Part shown: positions 30,182 to 39,694 of the stretch, one piece after another
Position numbering within the stretch: position 1 is the stretch's first letter
Layout: each line of letters begins with the position of its first letter
Source: a bacterium
Lineage (GTDB): Bacteria > Patescibacteriota > Minisyncoccia > UBA6257 > 2-01-FULL-56-20
Assembly: GCA_027310625.1 (NCBI GenBank)
Contig: DAIDAM010000003.1
Coordinates: 67,278-131,277 of the forward strand
Direction of reading: 5' to 3'
DNA: 64,000 nt
Program-made: the position numbers and the translations under genes
Notes under the pieces: generated by a model
Told to the model about the DNA's origin: nothing
Seen by the model: the letters and a program-made list of their open reading frames with translations, nothing else
Database searches by the model: none

Positions 30182-30957
30182 AGGCGTTGTGCTATAGCAC
30201 AACGCCTACCGCGCCTTATTCTCTCAATCGCCTATACGCCTATAATTGCTTACACTCTTTAATATACACGCTTTTATACACGCCTATAAATGGTCGGGGA
30301 TATGCAACGTTCCGTATTTCGTACGAATGGGCCTGCCTTTGTGTTTCTTTTTCCTCGGCGTGTGATTATAGCTGTATTCTCTTTTTCTCCGCTCTTTTTT
30401 GCTTCTTTCTAGATAGCTCTTGTAATTGTTTTCAGTCATCGCCTTTTTAACAGCATTAATGGTTTGTGTGGAAAGCAATAATTCTCTGCTTAATTGCCTC
30501 GGCCCTTTACCGGAAACAAGTCCTTCCAGAGCCGCCGCGCGCATTACCAAATTGTGACGTTCATGCGACGTAATCAATGATGATAGCATTTCACCGGATT
30601 CCAAGATTTTCCGCCATGCCGCTTCTTCCCATTTTTCACGCGAGGGGTAATCATCTATCGGCGGAATTATACCTACCTTCCTACTAAAAATGTCTTTTTT
30701 GCCGACACTAGTTTGTTTTTCGCTCACGTCAGCAGTATAGCACGCTGTTATGCTATAGCACAACAATTTTAAAAAAGCTGTCCGCACAAAAACCTTCCAT
30801 ATTAAACTAATCGTAGTGTATAGTGTTATGCTGTAGCACAACACTATACACTGCAACGAGCTTATTGTATTTTTTGCGAACTTTTACGCAAACATCTTTT
30901 ACGCAAAAACAGCTTTTCTAAAAAATTCCTGCCTGTTGTGCTATAGCACAACAGGCA
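30182..30957. repeat. four TGCTATAGCA-core palindromes flanking the TrpR-like gene
   Basis: Perfect at 30182-30207 and 30930-30957; imperfect at 30746-30765 and 30815-30852. Confidence 0.85.
30284..30727 (-). CDS. TrpR/YerC-like HTH protein
   Basis: LITSHER..L..R......L.SGKGPRQLSRELLLSTQTI; GTG start inferred. Confidence 0.65.
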   Translation of the reverse strand: MSEKQTSVGKKDIFSRKVGIIPPIDDYPSREKWEEAAWRKILESGEMLSSLITSHERHNLVMRAAALEGLVSGKGPRQLSRELLLSTQTINAVKKAMTENNYKSYLERSKKERRKREYSYNHTPRKKKHKGRPIRTKYGTLHIPDHL

Positions 30958-31078
30958 TCGAATGCCAAAGGGGAAAAGTTGAATTTTCCGGAAATTCTAC
31001 AGACATAAATCAAAACGGCGCATATAGTCAATCCCCGCATAAATACTTATGTGGGAGATCAATTAAACAAAGCGGGAA

Positions 31079-31726
31079 TCAGAAAGGGAGCGTGGGTCCC
31101 GCCAAAATTCTGTAAATCGCATTGATTATCGGAATTATCAAACCGAACCCGAAAAATATGAAAATCAAAATCAAAAACATCCCGTAGCGCTCGAGGAACA
31201 TCGCTATTTGAAAACTTGTCTCGCCCGGCGGCAAAAGCGAAAAGAGAACTTTCGAGCCGTCAAGCGGCGGCAAAGGGACGAGATTGAAAACGGCGAGCAG
31301 GACGTTTATGTAAACGATGAACGCGAAGAAAATCATCAGCGGGGAACCTGTGGCGTATCCGGACGAAGACAACAGACGAAGAAGAATTCCGAAAACGGCG
31401 GCGAGGAGAAGATTGCTCGCCGGTCCTGCAAGCGCGATTTTCCCCGAACCGCTTTTCGGGTTCTTGAGATAAACGGGATTGTAGGGCACCGGCTTTGCCC
31501 AGCCGAAAACGAAAGCCCCTTGAGTCGCGAAAAAAAGCAACACCGGCAAAAGAAACGAGCCGAAAAAATCCAAATGTTTCAACGGATTCAAGGTCAGCCG
31601 TCCCGCGAGCCGCGCCGTCGGGTCGCCCAAACTTTCAGCGACGTAGCCGTGAGAAATTTCGTGAATCATCACGGAGAAAATCAAAACCGCGAGCTGAAAA
31701 ATTAAAAACAAAATGTTTGCTTCCAT
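31079..31726 (-). CDS. site-2 protease family (M50) metalloprotease
   Basis: HEISH, AGPASN, FNLVPLPPLDG. Confidence 0.95.
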   Translation of the reverse strand: MEANILFLIFQLAVLIFSVMIHEISHGYVAESLGDPTARLAGRLTLNPLKHLDFFGSFLLPVLLFFATQGAFVFGWAKPVPYNPVYLKNPKSGSGKIALAGPASNLLLAAVFGILLRLLSSSGYATGSPLMIFFAFIVYINVLLAVFNLVPLPPLDGSKVLFSLLPPGETSFQIAMFLERYGMFLILIFIFFGFGLIIPIINAIYRILAGPTLPF

Positions 31727-31761
31727 TTCTGCTAAAAATCCATATAATATTAGCACCTCCT

Positions 31762-31941
31762 GCCTCTGTGGTGAAACGGATATCATGACTGCCTTCCCTG
31801 CCCGCCGCAATTTGCCCTCGTGGTGAAATGGATATCACGTCAGGCTTCGAACCTGAAGTTCTAGGTTCAAATCCCGGCGAGGGCACGCGGCAAAGGCAGG
31901 CGGGGAAGCAGTCGTTGGGGGTTCGAATCCCTCCGGAGGCG
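31762..31941 (+). tRNA. outer tRNA-Arg(TCG) split in the anticodon by a 108-nt insertion (exons 31762-31796 and 31905-31941)
   Basis: Acceptor GCCTCTG/CGGAGGC; anticodon stem ACTGC/GCAGT; CT-TC|G-AA on rejoining; 72 nt total. Confidence 0.8.
31814..31885 (+). tRNA. inner tRNA-Arg(TCG), nested in the outer tRNA-Arg
   Basis: GCCCTCG/CGAGGGC-A; TCAGG-CT-TCG-AA-CCTGA; one A-C mismatch in T-stem. Confidence 0.9.
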
Positions 31942-32018
31942 CAAACGCAATCGACTCTTTATTGATTGTGGATAAGTTCTTTCAGTTCGGCTATTCTGTG
32001 CCGTATAGTTGGAAGTGT

Positions 32019-32750
32019 ATGGATTATTCCCAACTAAAAAAGAAGGCGATTGCCCTCAGAAAGCAAGGGTTAAGCTACAGTGAAATACAGGGGAGATTGG
32101 ACAGCGCTGTTTCGAAAAGCACGCTTAGCTTATGGTTGAAATCCGTACTCCTCAAACCCGAGCATCGAAAACGGCTTTACACCAAGCAAATTCAAATCCT
32201 TTCCCTTGGATCTCAATCACAGAGAGAGCGAAGACAAAGAGAAATAAACGAAATAATTGAGCGGGCGAAGAAAGAAATCCATACTCCACTTTCTCAAGAA
32301 ACCTATCGTTTCTTCGGAGCCGCGCTTTATTGGGCGGAGGGCGGCAAAACAAAAAACTTTGAAATCACTAATTCTGATCCTTCGTTAATTGCCTTTATAG
32401 TAAAATGGTTTAATGATATTTTCGGCGTGGCGCCGAATAATTTAAAAGCTCATCTTAATCTTTACCCGCAACAGAACGAAAATGATATTAAAAGGTTTTG
32501 GTCAGACATTACGGGAATACCTAAGAAAAATTTTGGCAAAAGTTTTATAAAGCCGCCGAATAAGGGCTATAAGAAAAATAATCTCTATTATGGAACGATA
32601 AGAATAAGAGTTATGAAAGGAACTGACATGAAGCATAGATTATTTGGGTGGATTCAAGCCGCTTTACAAGACATAAATACAAAGGCAGAATTAGTACAGA
32701 GAAAGTGGATACGACTCAGCAAAGTAGCGCGCCCGCCTGTAAATCTATAA
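32019..32750 (+). CDS. HTH plus LAGLIDADG-like hypothetical protein between tRNA genes
   Basis: LRKQGLSYSEI...SKSTLS.W HTH; AALYWAEGGK, TNSDP motif. Confidence 0.7.
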   Translation: MDYSQLKKKAIALRKQGLSYSEIQGRLDSAVSKSTLSLWLKSVLLKPEHRKRLYTKQIQILSLGSQSQRERRQREINEIIERAKKEIHTPLSQETYRFFGAALYWAEGGKTKNFEITNSDPSLIAFIVKWFNDIFGVAPNNLKAHLNLYPQQNENDIKRFWSDITGIPKKNFGKSFIKPPNKGYKKNNLYYGTIRIRVMKGTDMKHRLFGWIQAALQDINTKAELVQRKWIRLSKVARPPVNL

Positions 32751-32823
32751 CCCCCCATAGCTCAATTGGCAGAGCAGCGCCCTCTTAAGGCGAGTGTTTC
32801 AGGTTCAAGTCCTGATGGGGGGA
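32751..32823 (+). tRNA. tRNA-Lys(CTT)
   Basis: CCCCCCA/TGGGGGG-A; CGCC-CT-CTT-AA-GGCG; GTTCAAGTC. Confidence 0.92.
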
Positions 32824-32830
32824 CAAAATC

Positions 32831-35053
32831 TCACTCCAAATGAAGTTTCCTTTCGAATTCCGCAAGCTTTTCCGCGAGTAAGGGACGGGCTTTGAGATTT
32901 TTGTCTTTCTCTAAAATTTTCACCGCCGCATCTCTCGCCGCTTTCACCATTTCGAAATCCTGCAAGCCGCGCATAGCGACGTCGGGCAAACCGGTTTGCT
33001 TTTGTCCGATGAACTCTCCCGGTCCGCGGATTTTCAAATCTTTTTCTGCGAGTTCGAACCCGTTTTTCGCTTCAACTATCGCTTTTAGACGGTCACTCGT
33101 GGTTTTTGCGGGTGAGTCCGTGAAAAGAAAACAAAACGACTGATGTTCGCCGCGCCCCACGCGTCCGCGGAACTGGTAAAGCTGGGCGAGTCCAAACCTG
33201 TCCGCGCCTTCGATGAGCATTATCGTCGCGTTCGGAACGTCAACGCCGACTTCTATCACCGAGGTGGAAACGAGAACGTCTATTTTGCCTTCCCGAAACG
33301 CTTTCATTACCGCTTCTTTTGAAGGTTTTCCGTCCGAGGCGAGACCTCGCCCGCGTTTAGCGCGTGCGGGCATTTGCCCGTGAAGCATGCCGACTTTCAA
33401 ATCGGGAAAAACGTTCTTGGAAAGTTTTTCGTATTCTTCCTTTACTGCCTTGGTTTCCCAAGGCAACGCGGATTTACGCTGATTGTTATCAGCGCGGATC
33501 TGCGCGGATGTATCCGCGTCTGTCCGCGTGTCCGAGGATTCTATCCTCGGACAAATGACGAACGCCTGCCTTCCTTTTTTTATCTGGCCGCGGATGAACT
33601 GATACGCTTTGTCGCGGTTCGCGGGCGCGACGATTTTTGTGATTATCGGTTTTCTTCCCAAGGGCAATTCGGTGATAGTGGAAATATCCAGGTCGCCGAA
33701 AACCGTGAGCATCAGCGTGCGCGGTATCGGCGTCGCGCTCATCGACAACAGGTGTGGAATCAATTTAGTTTCGCGGTTTTTGTGTAATTCAGCGCGCTGC
33801 CTAACTCCAAAGCGATGCTGCTCATCAATTATCACAAGAGCAAGTTTGTCGAAGCGGACATCTTTTTGGATTAAAGCATGAGTTCCGGCAATTACTTTTA
33901 TTTTTCCGGCGATAACTCCTTTTTTAAACTCGTTCTTCGAAACTAAACTCTCCAAATCATTCTCAAAAAATACTTTTGCTTCTTTGGAAACGAGGAGTCC
34001 CACTTCCGGCTGTTTCCGAAGCGGCAGACGGGCGAAAATTTTTTTGAGCGTCCCGAAATGCTGGCGCGCGAGAATTTCCGTCGGCGCCATGAAAGCGCTT
34101 TGAAAGCCGTTTTCGGCGGCGACGATGGCGGCAACGGCGGCGACAACGGTTTTTCCCGAACCGACGTCGCCCTGCAACAGGCGGTTCATCGGTTTCGGCT
34201 TCCCGATGTCCTGAATGATTTCCCAAAGCGATTTTTTCTGCGACAAAGTAAGTTTGAATGGCAGTGCCTCCGTTATTTCTTTCAGATGTTCAATTTCAAT
34301 TTGAATCGGCTGCGCTTTTTCCTCCGCGAGTTTCATTTTTTGTCTGATGTTGAAAAGCTGGAGAAGAAAAAGGTTCTCGAACGAAAATCTTTTCTTGGCG
34401 GCGAGCGCCGCTTCGAGAGTTTTCGGGAAATGAACGTCGCGGAGCGCCTCGTTTATTTCCGGAACGCCGGCGGAGTCGAGAATTTCTTCCGGAATCCACT
34501 CGGAAATTTCGCCGACGCTTTTCAGAATCGGTTGAATCAAAAACCTGATGCCCCTTGAAGTAAGTCCTCTCGTCTCGGGATAAACGGGCACGAGCCGCCC
34601 GGTATGCCTCATTTCTTGTCCCCGGTCTCTGGTCGCTGGTCGCAAACCGATGAGTTCGTACGCCGGATGCGAAAGATAAATTTCGCGTTCGCCGAGCGAA
34701 ACCTTGCCGGAGAAATTCGCTTCCCGTCCGGGTCGAAGCGTGTTCAAAAGATACGGCTGGTTGAACCACACCGCTTTTATTTCGCCGGTGTCGTCGGCAA
34801 TTATCGCGTCAACTATAACAAAACGCCGCCGGAAAGTGCGGCGGATTTTTATGTCGCGGACGACGCCATGCACCGTCGCCTGCATGCCGGGTTCGAGGTT
34901 CGCTATCGGAACGATTTCCGAAAAATCCTCGTAGCGTGACGGAAAATGAAAAAGCAAATCTCTTATCGTAAAAATCTCGAGTTTCTCCAGTCGTTTCAAA
35001 AATCTCGGCGGAATTCCTCTTATTCCCGAAAGCGGCGTCAAAAGGTCAATCAC
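32831..35053 (-). CDS. recG: ATP-dependent DNA helicase RecG (with repeat inserts)
   Basis: QGDVGSGKT, DEQHRFG, SATPIPR, QFRGRVGRG. Confidence 0.98.
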   Translation of the reverse strand: MIDLLTPLSGIRGIPPRFLKRLEKLEIFTIRDLLFHFPSRYEDFSEIVPIANLEPGMQATVHGVVRDIKIRRTFRRRFVIVDAIIADDTGEIKAVWFNQPYLLNTLRPGREANFSGKVSLGEREIYLSHPAYELIGLRPATRDRGQEMRHTGRLVPVYPETRGLTSRGIRFLIQPILKSVGEISEWIPEEILDSAGVPEINEALRDVHFPKTLEAALAAKKRFSFENLFLLQLFNIRQKMKLAEEKAQPIQIEIEHLKEITEALPFKLTLSQKKSLWEIIQDIGKPKPMNRLLQGDVGSGKTVVAAVAAIVAAENGFQSAFMAPTEILARQHFGTLKKIFARLPLRKQPEVGLLVSKEAKVFFENDLESLVSKNEFKKGVIAGKIKVIAGTHALIQKDVRFDKLALVIIDEQHRFGVRQRAELHKNRETKLIPHLLSMSATPIPRTLMLTVFGDLDISTITELPLGRKPIITKIVAPANRDKAYQFIRGQIKKGRQAFVICPRIESSDTRTDADTSAQIRADNNQRKSALPWETKAVKEEYEKLSKNVFPDLKVGMLHGQMPARAKRGRGLASDGKPSKEAVMKAFREGKIDVLVSTSVIEVGVDVPNATIMLIEGADRFGLAQLYQFRGRVGRGEHQSFCFLFTDSPAKTTSDRLKAIVEAKNGFELAEKDLKIRGPGEFIGQKQTGLPDVAMRGLQDFEMVKAARDAAVKILEKDKNLKARPLLAEKLAEFERKLHLE

Positions 35054-35271
35054 AGCCGCCGCATTATACGCGGTTTCATCGCAAACTTCAACTTTACTCG
35101 CTCATCTGATAAAATTCCCTGAATGCCGGGAAGTGGAAATTCTGCTGCCGTGTTTCAGCACGGCACTATGATATAGCATAGCGACGTTCCATTTGTTATC
35201 TGCGTTAATTGATGCACTAACACGGTTAAGAAGTCTTTCATTAAACAAAACAGAATTTTTACCACCTGAAA

Positions 35272-35622
35272 ATGGAAATAAAAATAGTGAAAGAGCCAAT
35301 CAGCCGGAAGGAACTTGTTGAGATGGCGAGCGAGCAATTCGGGGACGTCGTGAAAGTGGTTGTTGACGTCGCGCAGGGGATTATGGCGGTCGGCGGCGAG
35401 CTTCACTCCGACGAAGAAGTTCTGCTGATGGAAAAAGAAAATTCCAAGAGAGAAAACACGTGGGGAATCAACATTTACCCCAAAAAACCCGTGAATGAAT
35501 GGATTGAATTTGATTCCATGATTAACATCAAGCCGTCGCTCGGCAATCGCTCGCGAATAGTGGAAAACGAAAGCGCGCGGGAAACGATAAAAAAAATAGT
35601 CGCTAAACTCGTCATTGACTGA
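35272..35622 (+). CDS. DUF5674-like protein
   Basis: VKVVVD...GGELH.D.E...WGINIYP...IEFDSMINIKP. Confidence 0.7.
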   Translation: MEIKIVKEPISRKELVEMASEQFGDVVKVVVDVAQGIMAVGGELHSDEEVLLMEKENSKRENTWGINIYPKKPVNEWIEFDSMINIKPSLGNRSRIVENESARETIKKIVAKLVID

Positions 35623-35623
35623 A

Positions 35624-35950
35624 ATGCCGATACACGAAGAACTGGCCGCGGGAAAATGGCGGGAGTTGTCGCTTGCCGAACAGCTCGGAAACGTCGGCAG
35701 CGAAGTTTTCCGCGCCTCGCGCTGGAAAGACAAGGACGAAAAATTGTTCCAAAGCGCGGTTGAAAAAGCGCTGGAACTTTTTGACTTGACGCTCGCCGAC
35801 CCGCGCTGGAAAGGGCGCTACCGGGAAATCGCCCGCGCGAGGGAGATCTTTTGCGACGCTTTTCTCGGCGATAATCTCTACGGGGGCTCGATAAGAGGTT
35901 TATTGAATTATTTCGACGTGTTCGCGGCGGCGGGAAGAAAGCAGGTTTGA
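35624..35950 (+). CDS. hypothetical helical protein (partner of DUF5674-like gene)
   Basis: W..LSL.EQLGNVGSEV.RA pattern; translationally coupled. Confidence 0.7.
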   Translation: MPIHEELAAGKWRELSLAEQLGNVGSEVFRASRWKDKDEKLFQSAVEKALELFDLTLADPRWKGRYREIARAREIFCDAFLGDNLYGGSIRGLLNYFDVFAAAGRKQV

Positions 35951-36111
35951 CTTACTGCGAAATAGTCGCAATCACGATTTAATGATAGTGAATCAGTTAT
36001 TAGTTATAAGTTACTAGTTATCAAAAATTGGCGACCGGCGCCAAAGCGAACGGAAACGGACAATCGGGGATAAAAAATTTTGCTTCAGCGGTTGGCGACG
36101 ACTGCATCAAA

Positions 36112-36321
36112 TTATAAATCATCCGGCATGAGCCCGGTGTGCTTTGCAATCCTGCTTAACATGCGGGGTCCGATTTCCTCGCGTTCGTGAAAAGCGAAAG
36201 TTACATTCGGCCAACCCGGTTTTGCCAATATTCTATGCGAACCGCGCTGCCGCTTTATCCGCCAGCCGATAGACGCCAAAGCTTTCAACACGCGCGATGC
36301 CTTAACGGCCCGCCACTCCAT
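36112..36321 (-). CDS. HicA family toxin
   Basis: GW...RQRGSH motif. Confidence 0.9.
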   Translation of the reverse strand: MEWRAVKASRVLKALASIGWRIKRQRGSHRILAKPGWPNVTFAFHEREEIGPRMLSRIAKHTGLMPDDL

Positions 36322-36535
36322 GAGAAAATATTTTTGAAACTGGGAAAGGAAACTTTCCTTGCTCCGCGCTGTCGGCAAGGGTTCTCAAAGCCACGGCGTA
36401 AAGTTTACGAAGCGCTTCTTTTTTGGTCCTGCCGTAAGCCATGACGCCGGGCATCTTCGGAATTTCGGCGATCCAACGTCCGTCATTCTCGCGGTCAAAT
36501 TCAACTTTTAAGTTTTTGCTATTTGTCAAAGCCAT
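36302..36535 (-). CDS. HicB family antitoxin
   Basis: REND GRWIAEIP.MPG..AYG.T..EA. Confidence 0.88.
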   Translation of the reverse strand: MALTNSKNLKVEFDRENDGRWIAEIPKMPGVMAYGRTKKEALRKLYAVALRTLADSAEQGKFPFPVSKIFSHGVAGR

Positions 36536-36813
36536 GTTTCCGATTACGTAATTAAAAGCATTCTGTTGGTTTCCAAAACCAAAAAAAGCGCATCCTTGAG
36601 GTTTTCTTTAATTTCCTTCTCTTTTATATACTCTATATACTCCAGTAAACTGAACGTTAGACATAATTTGATGCTAACAACCCGCGAAAAAAAGTCAACT
36701 ATGCGCATTGCGGAATCTCTCAAACAACTTTAGCGGACTACCTCGGGGCGGAGAAAGTTGTCGGCGCGGGGACGGGAGTGGTTGGGGTCGGAGCCGCCGC
36801 CACTCCTACACAA

Positions 36814-37434
36814 CTATATTCTTCCCGCTTCGTTGCTGAAAAACGATTTAACTTCTTTCCAATCCAAGGGTTTGAGCATCTTCGGCATCGGCTCCGCATC
36901 GGCATCATCGAAATATGTCAAACTCTTTTTTATATGCAGCAAGTTGAATTCAAGCGAAGAGTATTTTTTTCGGAACAGCGCGAGAACGTCGTCCAGCGAC
37001 GCCGTTTCCTTGATGATGAAATACAAGTCAATGAAGTCGCGCTTGGCTCCCCTTGCGGAAATGGCGTCTATTTTCATGCAGGCGATGTCGCGGATATCGG
37101 CAAGCCGAACGCCGCCGAAATGCGCCGATGAGAAAAGAAGCGGATAATGATAGCCGATAAAAGACACTTTTGTTTTTTCGAAAACGCCGATTACCGTTTG
37201 CTCGGCGCGTTTCTCCAGCCGGAAACTTCCCAACTCGGAAAGCCGCGAAATCAACAAGGAATCGTTGAAATCGCGTTCCGCAAAGAAATCCAGGTCGCCG
37301 GAAATTCTGTGCCCGAGATAAAGCGCAACCGCCGTTCCGCCGGCGAGATAAAATTCATTTATGCCGATTAAATTTCTAAGCAGAGAAATCGCCTTCTGCG
37401 AATTGCTCGGCAAAACCTCCGGGTGAAAAGTCAT
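36814..37434 (-). CDS. AbiEii/AbiGii nucleotidyltransferase toxin
   Basis: LAGGTA.ALYLGHRIS.DLDFF, MK...R...RDFIDLY. Confidence 0.92.
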   Translation of the reverse strand: MTFHPEVLPSNSQKAISLLRNLIGINEFYLAGGTAVALYLGHRISGDLDFFAERDFNDSLLISRLSELGSFRLEKRAEQTVIGVFEKTKVSFIGYHYPLLFSSAHFGGVRLADIRDIACMKIDAISARGAKRDFIDLYFIIKETASLDDVLALFRKKYSSLEFNLLHIKKSLTYFDDADAEPMPKMLKPLDWKEVKSFFSNEAGRI

Positions 37435-37458
37435 CTTGCGGTGCTGTGAAAAATCGTA

Positions 37459-37701
37459 TTATTGACGGCTCAAAACCAACTCCCAAAACTTGCGGCTTTT
37501 GGGAGAAATGTTCTTTCCGGCTTTCAGCGCCGAAATAATGTCGTCTTTGGAAAAATTTTTTATCAGCCATTTGCCGGCTTTCTCGTCGCCCAATTCCAAC
37601 AGCCGTTCCAAAACGTACCTTTTGTGCTTGCGAACGTTTATTTTTTTGAAATCGGCGTCCCAAAAATATTTTTCAACGGCTTCCCTTCCCGCTATGTCCA
37701 T
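37459..37701 (-). CDS. DUF6922-like putative antitoxin
   Basis: YFWD...YVLERLLE.GD...W...FW; upstream of AbiEii gene. Confidence 0.8.
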   Translation of the reverse strand: MDIAGREAVEKYFWDADFKKINVRKHKRYVLERLLELGDEKAGKWLIKNFSKDDIISALKAGKNISPKSRKFWELVLSRQ

Positions 37702-37876
37702 AACGATAAAATTATACCAACCTTTCGAAGGAAAAACAAGCGCGCGTGCCTCATCGGGAAGTCGGATTCCTTAGGCCGATTTCCTTCGTCAAATCGGCCG
37801 CTGGCCGTTAGTGGAATTATTTATGGCTTAAGGAAGGACTAAGGAAGTCCGACTTCCTAAATGTTATAATTACAGC

Positions 37877-38578
37877 ATGACGAGACCGCGAATAATTCGG
37901 AACGAAATTTACCATGTCCTTAACCGTGGCGTAGATAAGCGAGCAATTTTCTCAGACGATAACGACCGCCTGCGGTTTATTCATAACCTCTTTGAGTTTA
38001 ACGACACCGCACCTGCACCCAATCTCGCCTACCATCTCGGCAAAAAACAATCTAAGGAAGTCGGACTTCCTAAGATTGAGAGGAGACGGCGGGAACTTTT
38101 GGTGGAAATTCTCGCGTTTTGCATGATGAAAAATCACTATCATCTTTTGGTCAGGCCGAAGGCTGATAATTTTCTAACGTTATTTATGAGAAAACTGGGA
38201 ACAGGGTACACCAATTATTTTAATCAAAAATATAAGCGGAGCGGAGCGCTTTTCCAAGGGAAATACAAAGTGGTGCACATTAACAATGATAGACATTTTA
38301 TTCATCTCCCCTACTACATTCACTTTAATCCATTAGACGGCTTTGCTCCGAGTTGGAGAGAAAAGGAAATAAAGGACCACAAAAAAGCAATGGAATTTTT
38401 GGAGAACTATCGCTGGAGCAGTTTTCCGGACTATATCGGCAGGAAAAATTTTCCTTCAATCACGCAAAGAGAATTTTTACTAAAGTTTTTCGGCGGCCCG
38501 GAGGAATACAAACGCAAAACGACAGAATGGCTAAAAGCAATCGATTTCGAGGCAATACACGACGTTGCACTAGAATAA
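37877..38578 (+). CDS. REP-associated tyrosine (Y1 HUH) transposase, RAYT-like
   Basis: YHVLNRG, MKNHYH, G.LFQG.Y, YIHFNP, YRWSS. Confidence 0.92.
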   Translation: MTRPRIIRNEIYHVLNRGVDKRAIFSDDNDRLRFIHNLFEFNDTAPAPNLAYHLGKKQSKEVGLPKIERRRRELLVEILAFCMMKNHYHLLVRPKADNFLTLFMRKLGTGYTNYFNQKYKRSGALFQGKYKVVHINNDRHFIHLPYYIHFNPLDGFAPSWREKEIKDHKKAMEFLENYRWSSFPDYIGRKNFPSITQREFLLKFFGGPEEYKRKTTEWLKAIDFEAIHDVALE

Positions 38579-38623
38579 TTAATAATTAGGAAGTCGGACT
38601 TCCTAAGAAAAAAACAAGCGGCG

Positions 38624-38878
38624 TTAGTCGTAAATGTCTTTGCGATGGCCAATGGCAAAAAATACCGCTTTATCGTCTCTAAAATAAAAAAGCGCCCGAT
38701 AGCGGCGTGTGATACGAAAAGAAAACACGCCGGGAAGTTCTTTGTTCCTTTTGGTGTGCAATCTTGGGTCGAGCCAATTTTTCTTGAAGATGTTTTCCTG
38801 CCGATTGAAAAGTTTCCTTATTTCCGAGGGTAATTTACCTAAATCACTGACAAAATCCGGTGTCTTATGGACAACCAT
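38624..38878 (-). CDS. RelE/ParE-superfamily toxin
   Basis: F...L..LP...PRLHTK...SFRITRRYR...IGHRKDIY. Confidence 0.85.
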   Translation of the reverse strand: MVVHKTPDFVSDLGKLPSEIRKLFNRQENIFKKNWLDPRLHTKRNKELPGVFSFRITRRYRALFYFRDDKAVFFAIGHRKDIYD

Positions 38879-38900
38879 TTTTGGTTTTTTAATGCCTGAC

Positions 38901-39089
38901 TCAGGAAGATTTTACGCTCTTGAGATAATTTTTCCTGATTTGAGAAGAGTTCTTATATTCTTTCAAACTTTCTTCAGGAATCAAAAGCAAAAACTTTCCG
39001 AGCTGGTCGCGGATAGCCCTGATTTCAACCAAAAGGTTCTTCAAGACAATGCCCTGCTCTCTATTTTCAGTTGTAGTTTTAGTGGTCAT
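38901..39089 (-). CDS. putative antitoxin
   Basis: Small ORF directly upstream of the RelE-like gene. Confidence 0.6.
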   Translation of the reverse strand: MTTKTTTENREQGIVLKNLLVEIRAIRDQLGKFLLLIPEESLKEYKNSSQIRKNYLKSVKSS

Positions 39090-39209
39090 AGTGATATGGT
39101 AGCAAAACTACAAACGTACAGCAAGTTTTTCTGCTACCATTATATCACAATTGTTGCTTAATGGTAACGGGTAATTATTTGTGGCTTAGGAAGTCGGACT
39201 TCCTGAATA

Positions 39210-39458
39210 TCATCTCGGATGTTTCATTATCGTTAAAATTCTGTAAGCGTCTTTCTCGATTGTAAAATAAAATCTATAGCTCCTGCTGATTCGCGCCTGC
39301 CAAACATTTTCTGCTTCATCGTATTTCTTGGCGCGTAGCGAGGGATGCATAAAATTCTTTGAAAGCAAGGAGAACTGCTTATCGGCTGCTTTCTGCAGAT
39401 TTTTGGGCAAGCCGTTGTAATCGCGAACAGCCCTTTCTGAAAAACTTAACCTCATCAT
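39210..39458 (-). CDS. RelE/ParE-superfamily toxin
   Basis: HPSLRAKK...WQARIS.SYRFYF. Confidence 0.85.
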   Translation of the reverse strand: MMRLSFSERAVRDYNGLPKNLQKAADKQFSLLSKNFMHPSLRAKKYDEAENVWQARISRSYRFYFTIEKDAYRILTIMKHPR

Positions 39459-39472
39459 CGGCTGGAACTACT

Positions 39473-39694
39473 TTATTCAGCATCCAGTTTAGCCAATGAT
39501 TTCTTGAATTCCCTGACAGTTTTGAACGGGCCCGAAAAACGGCCGGCCGCGAAATCCGCCAGTCCTTCATTAATTGCTTTATTAATCAAATTTTGTCCCT
39601 TACTCGATATCTCTGCCTTTTTCGCCTTGAAAGCTCGGAGGGGGATTTTCACAATCAGATATTTCAAAGTTTTTTCTACCGTCACCTGCGGCAT
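39473..39694 (-). CDS. putative antitoxin
   Basis: EGLADFAAGR.SGPF motif; upstream of toxin. Confidence 0.7.
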   Translation of the reverse strand: MPQVTVEKTLKYLIVKIPLRAFKAKKAEISSKGQNLINKAINEGLADFAAGRFSGPFKTVREFKKSLAKLDAE

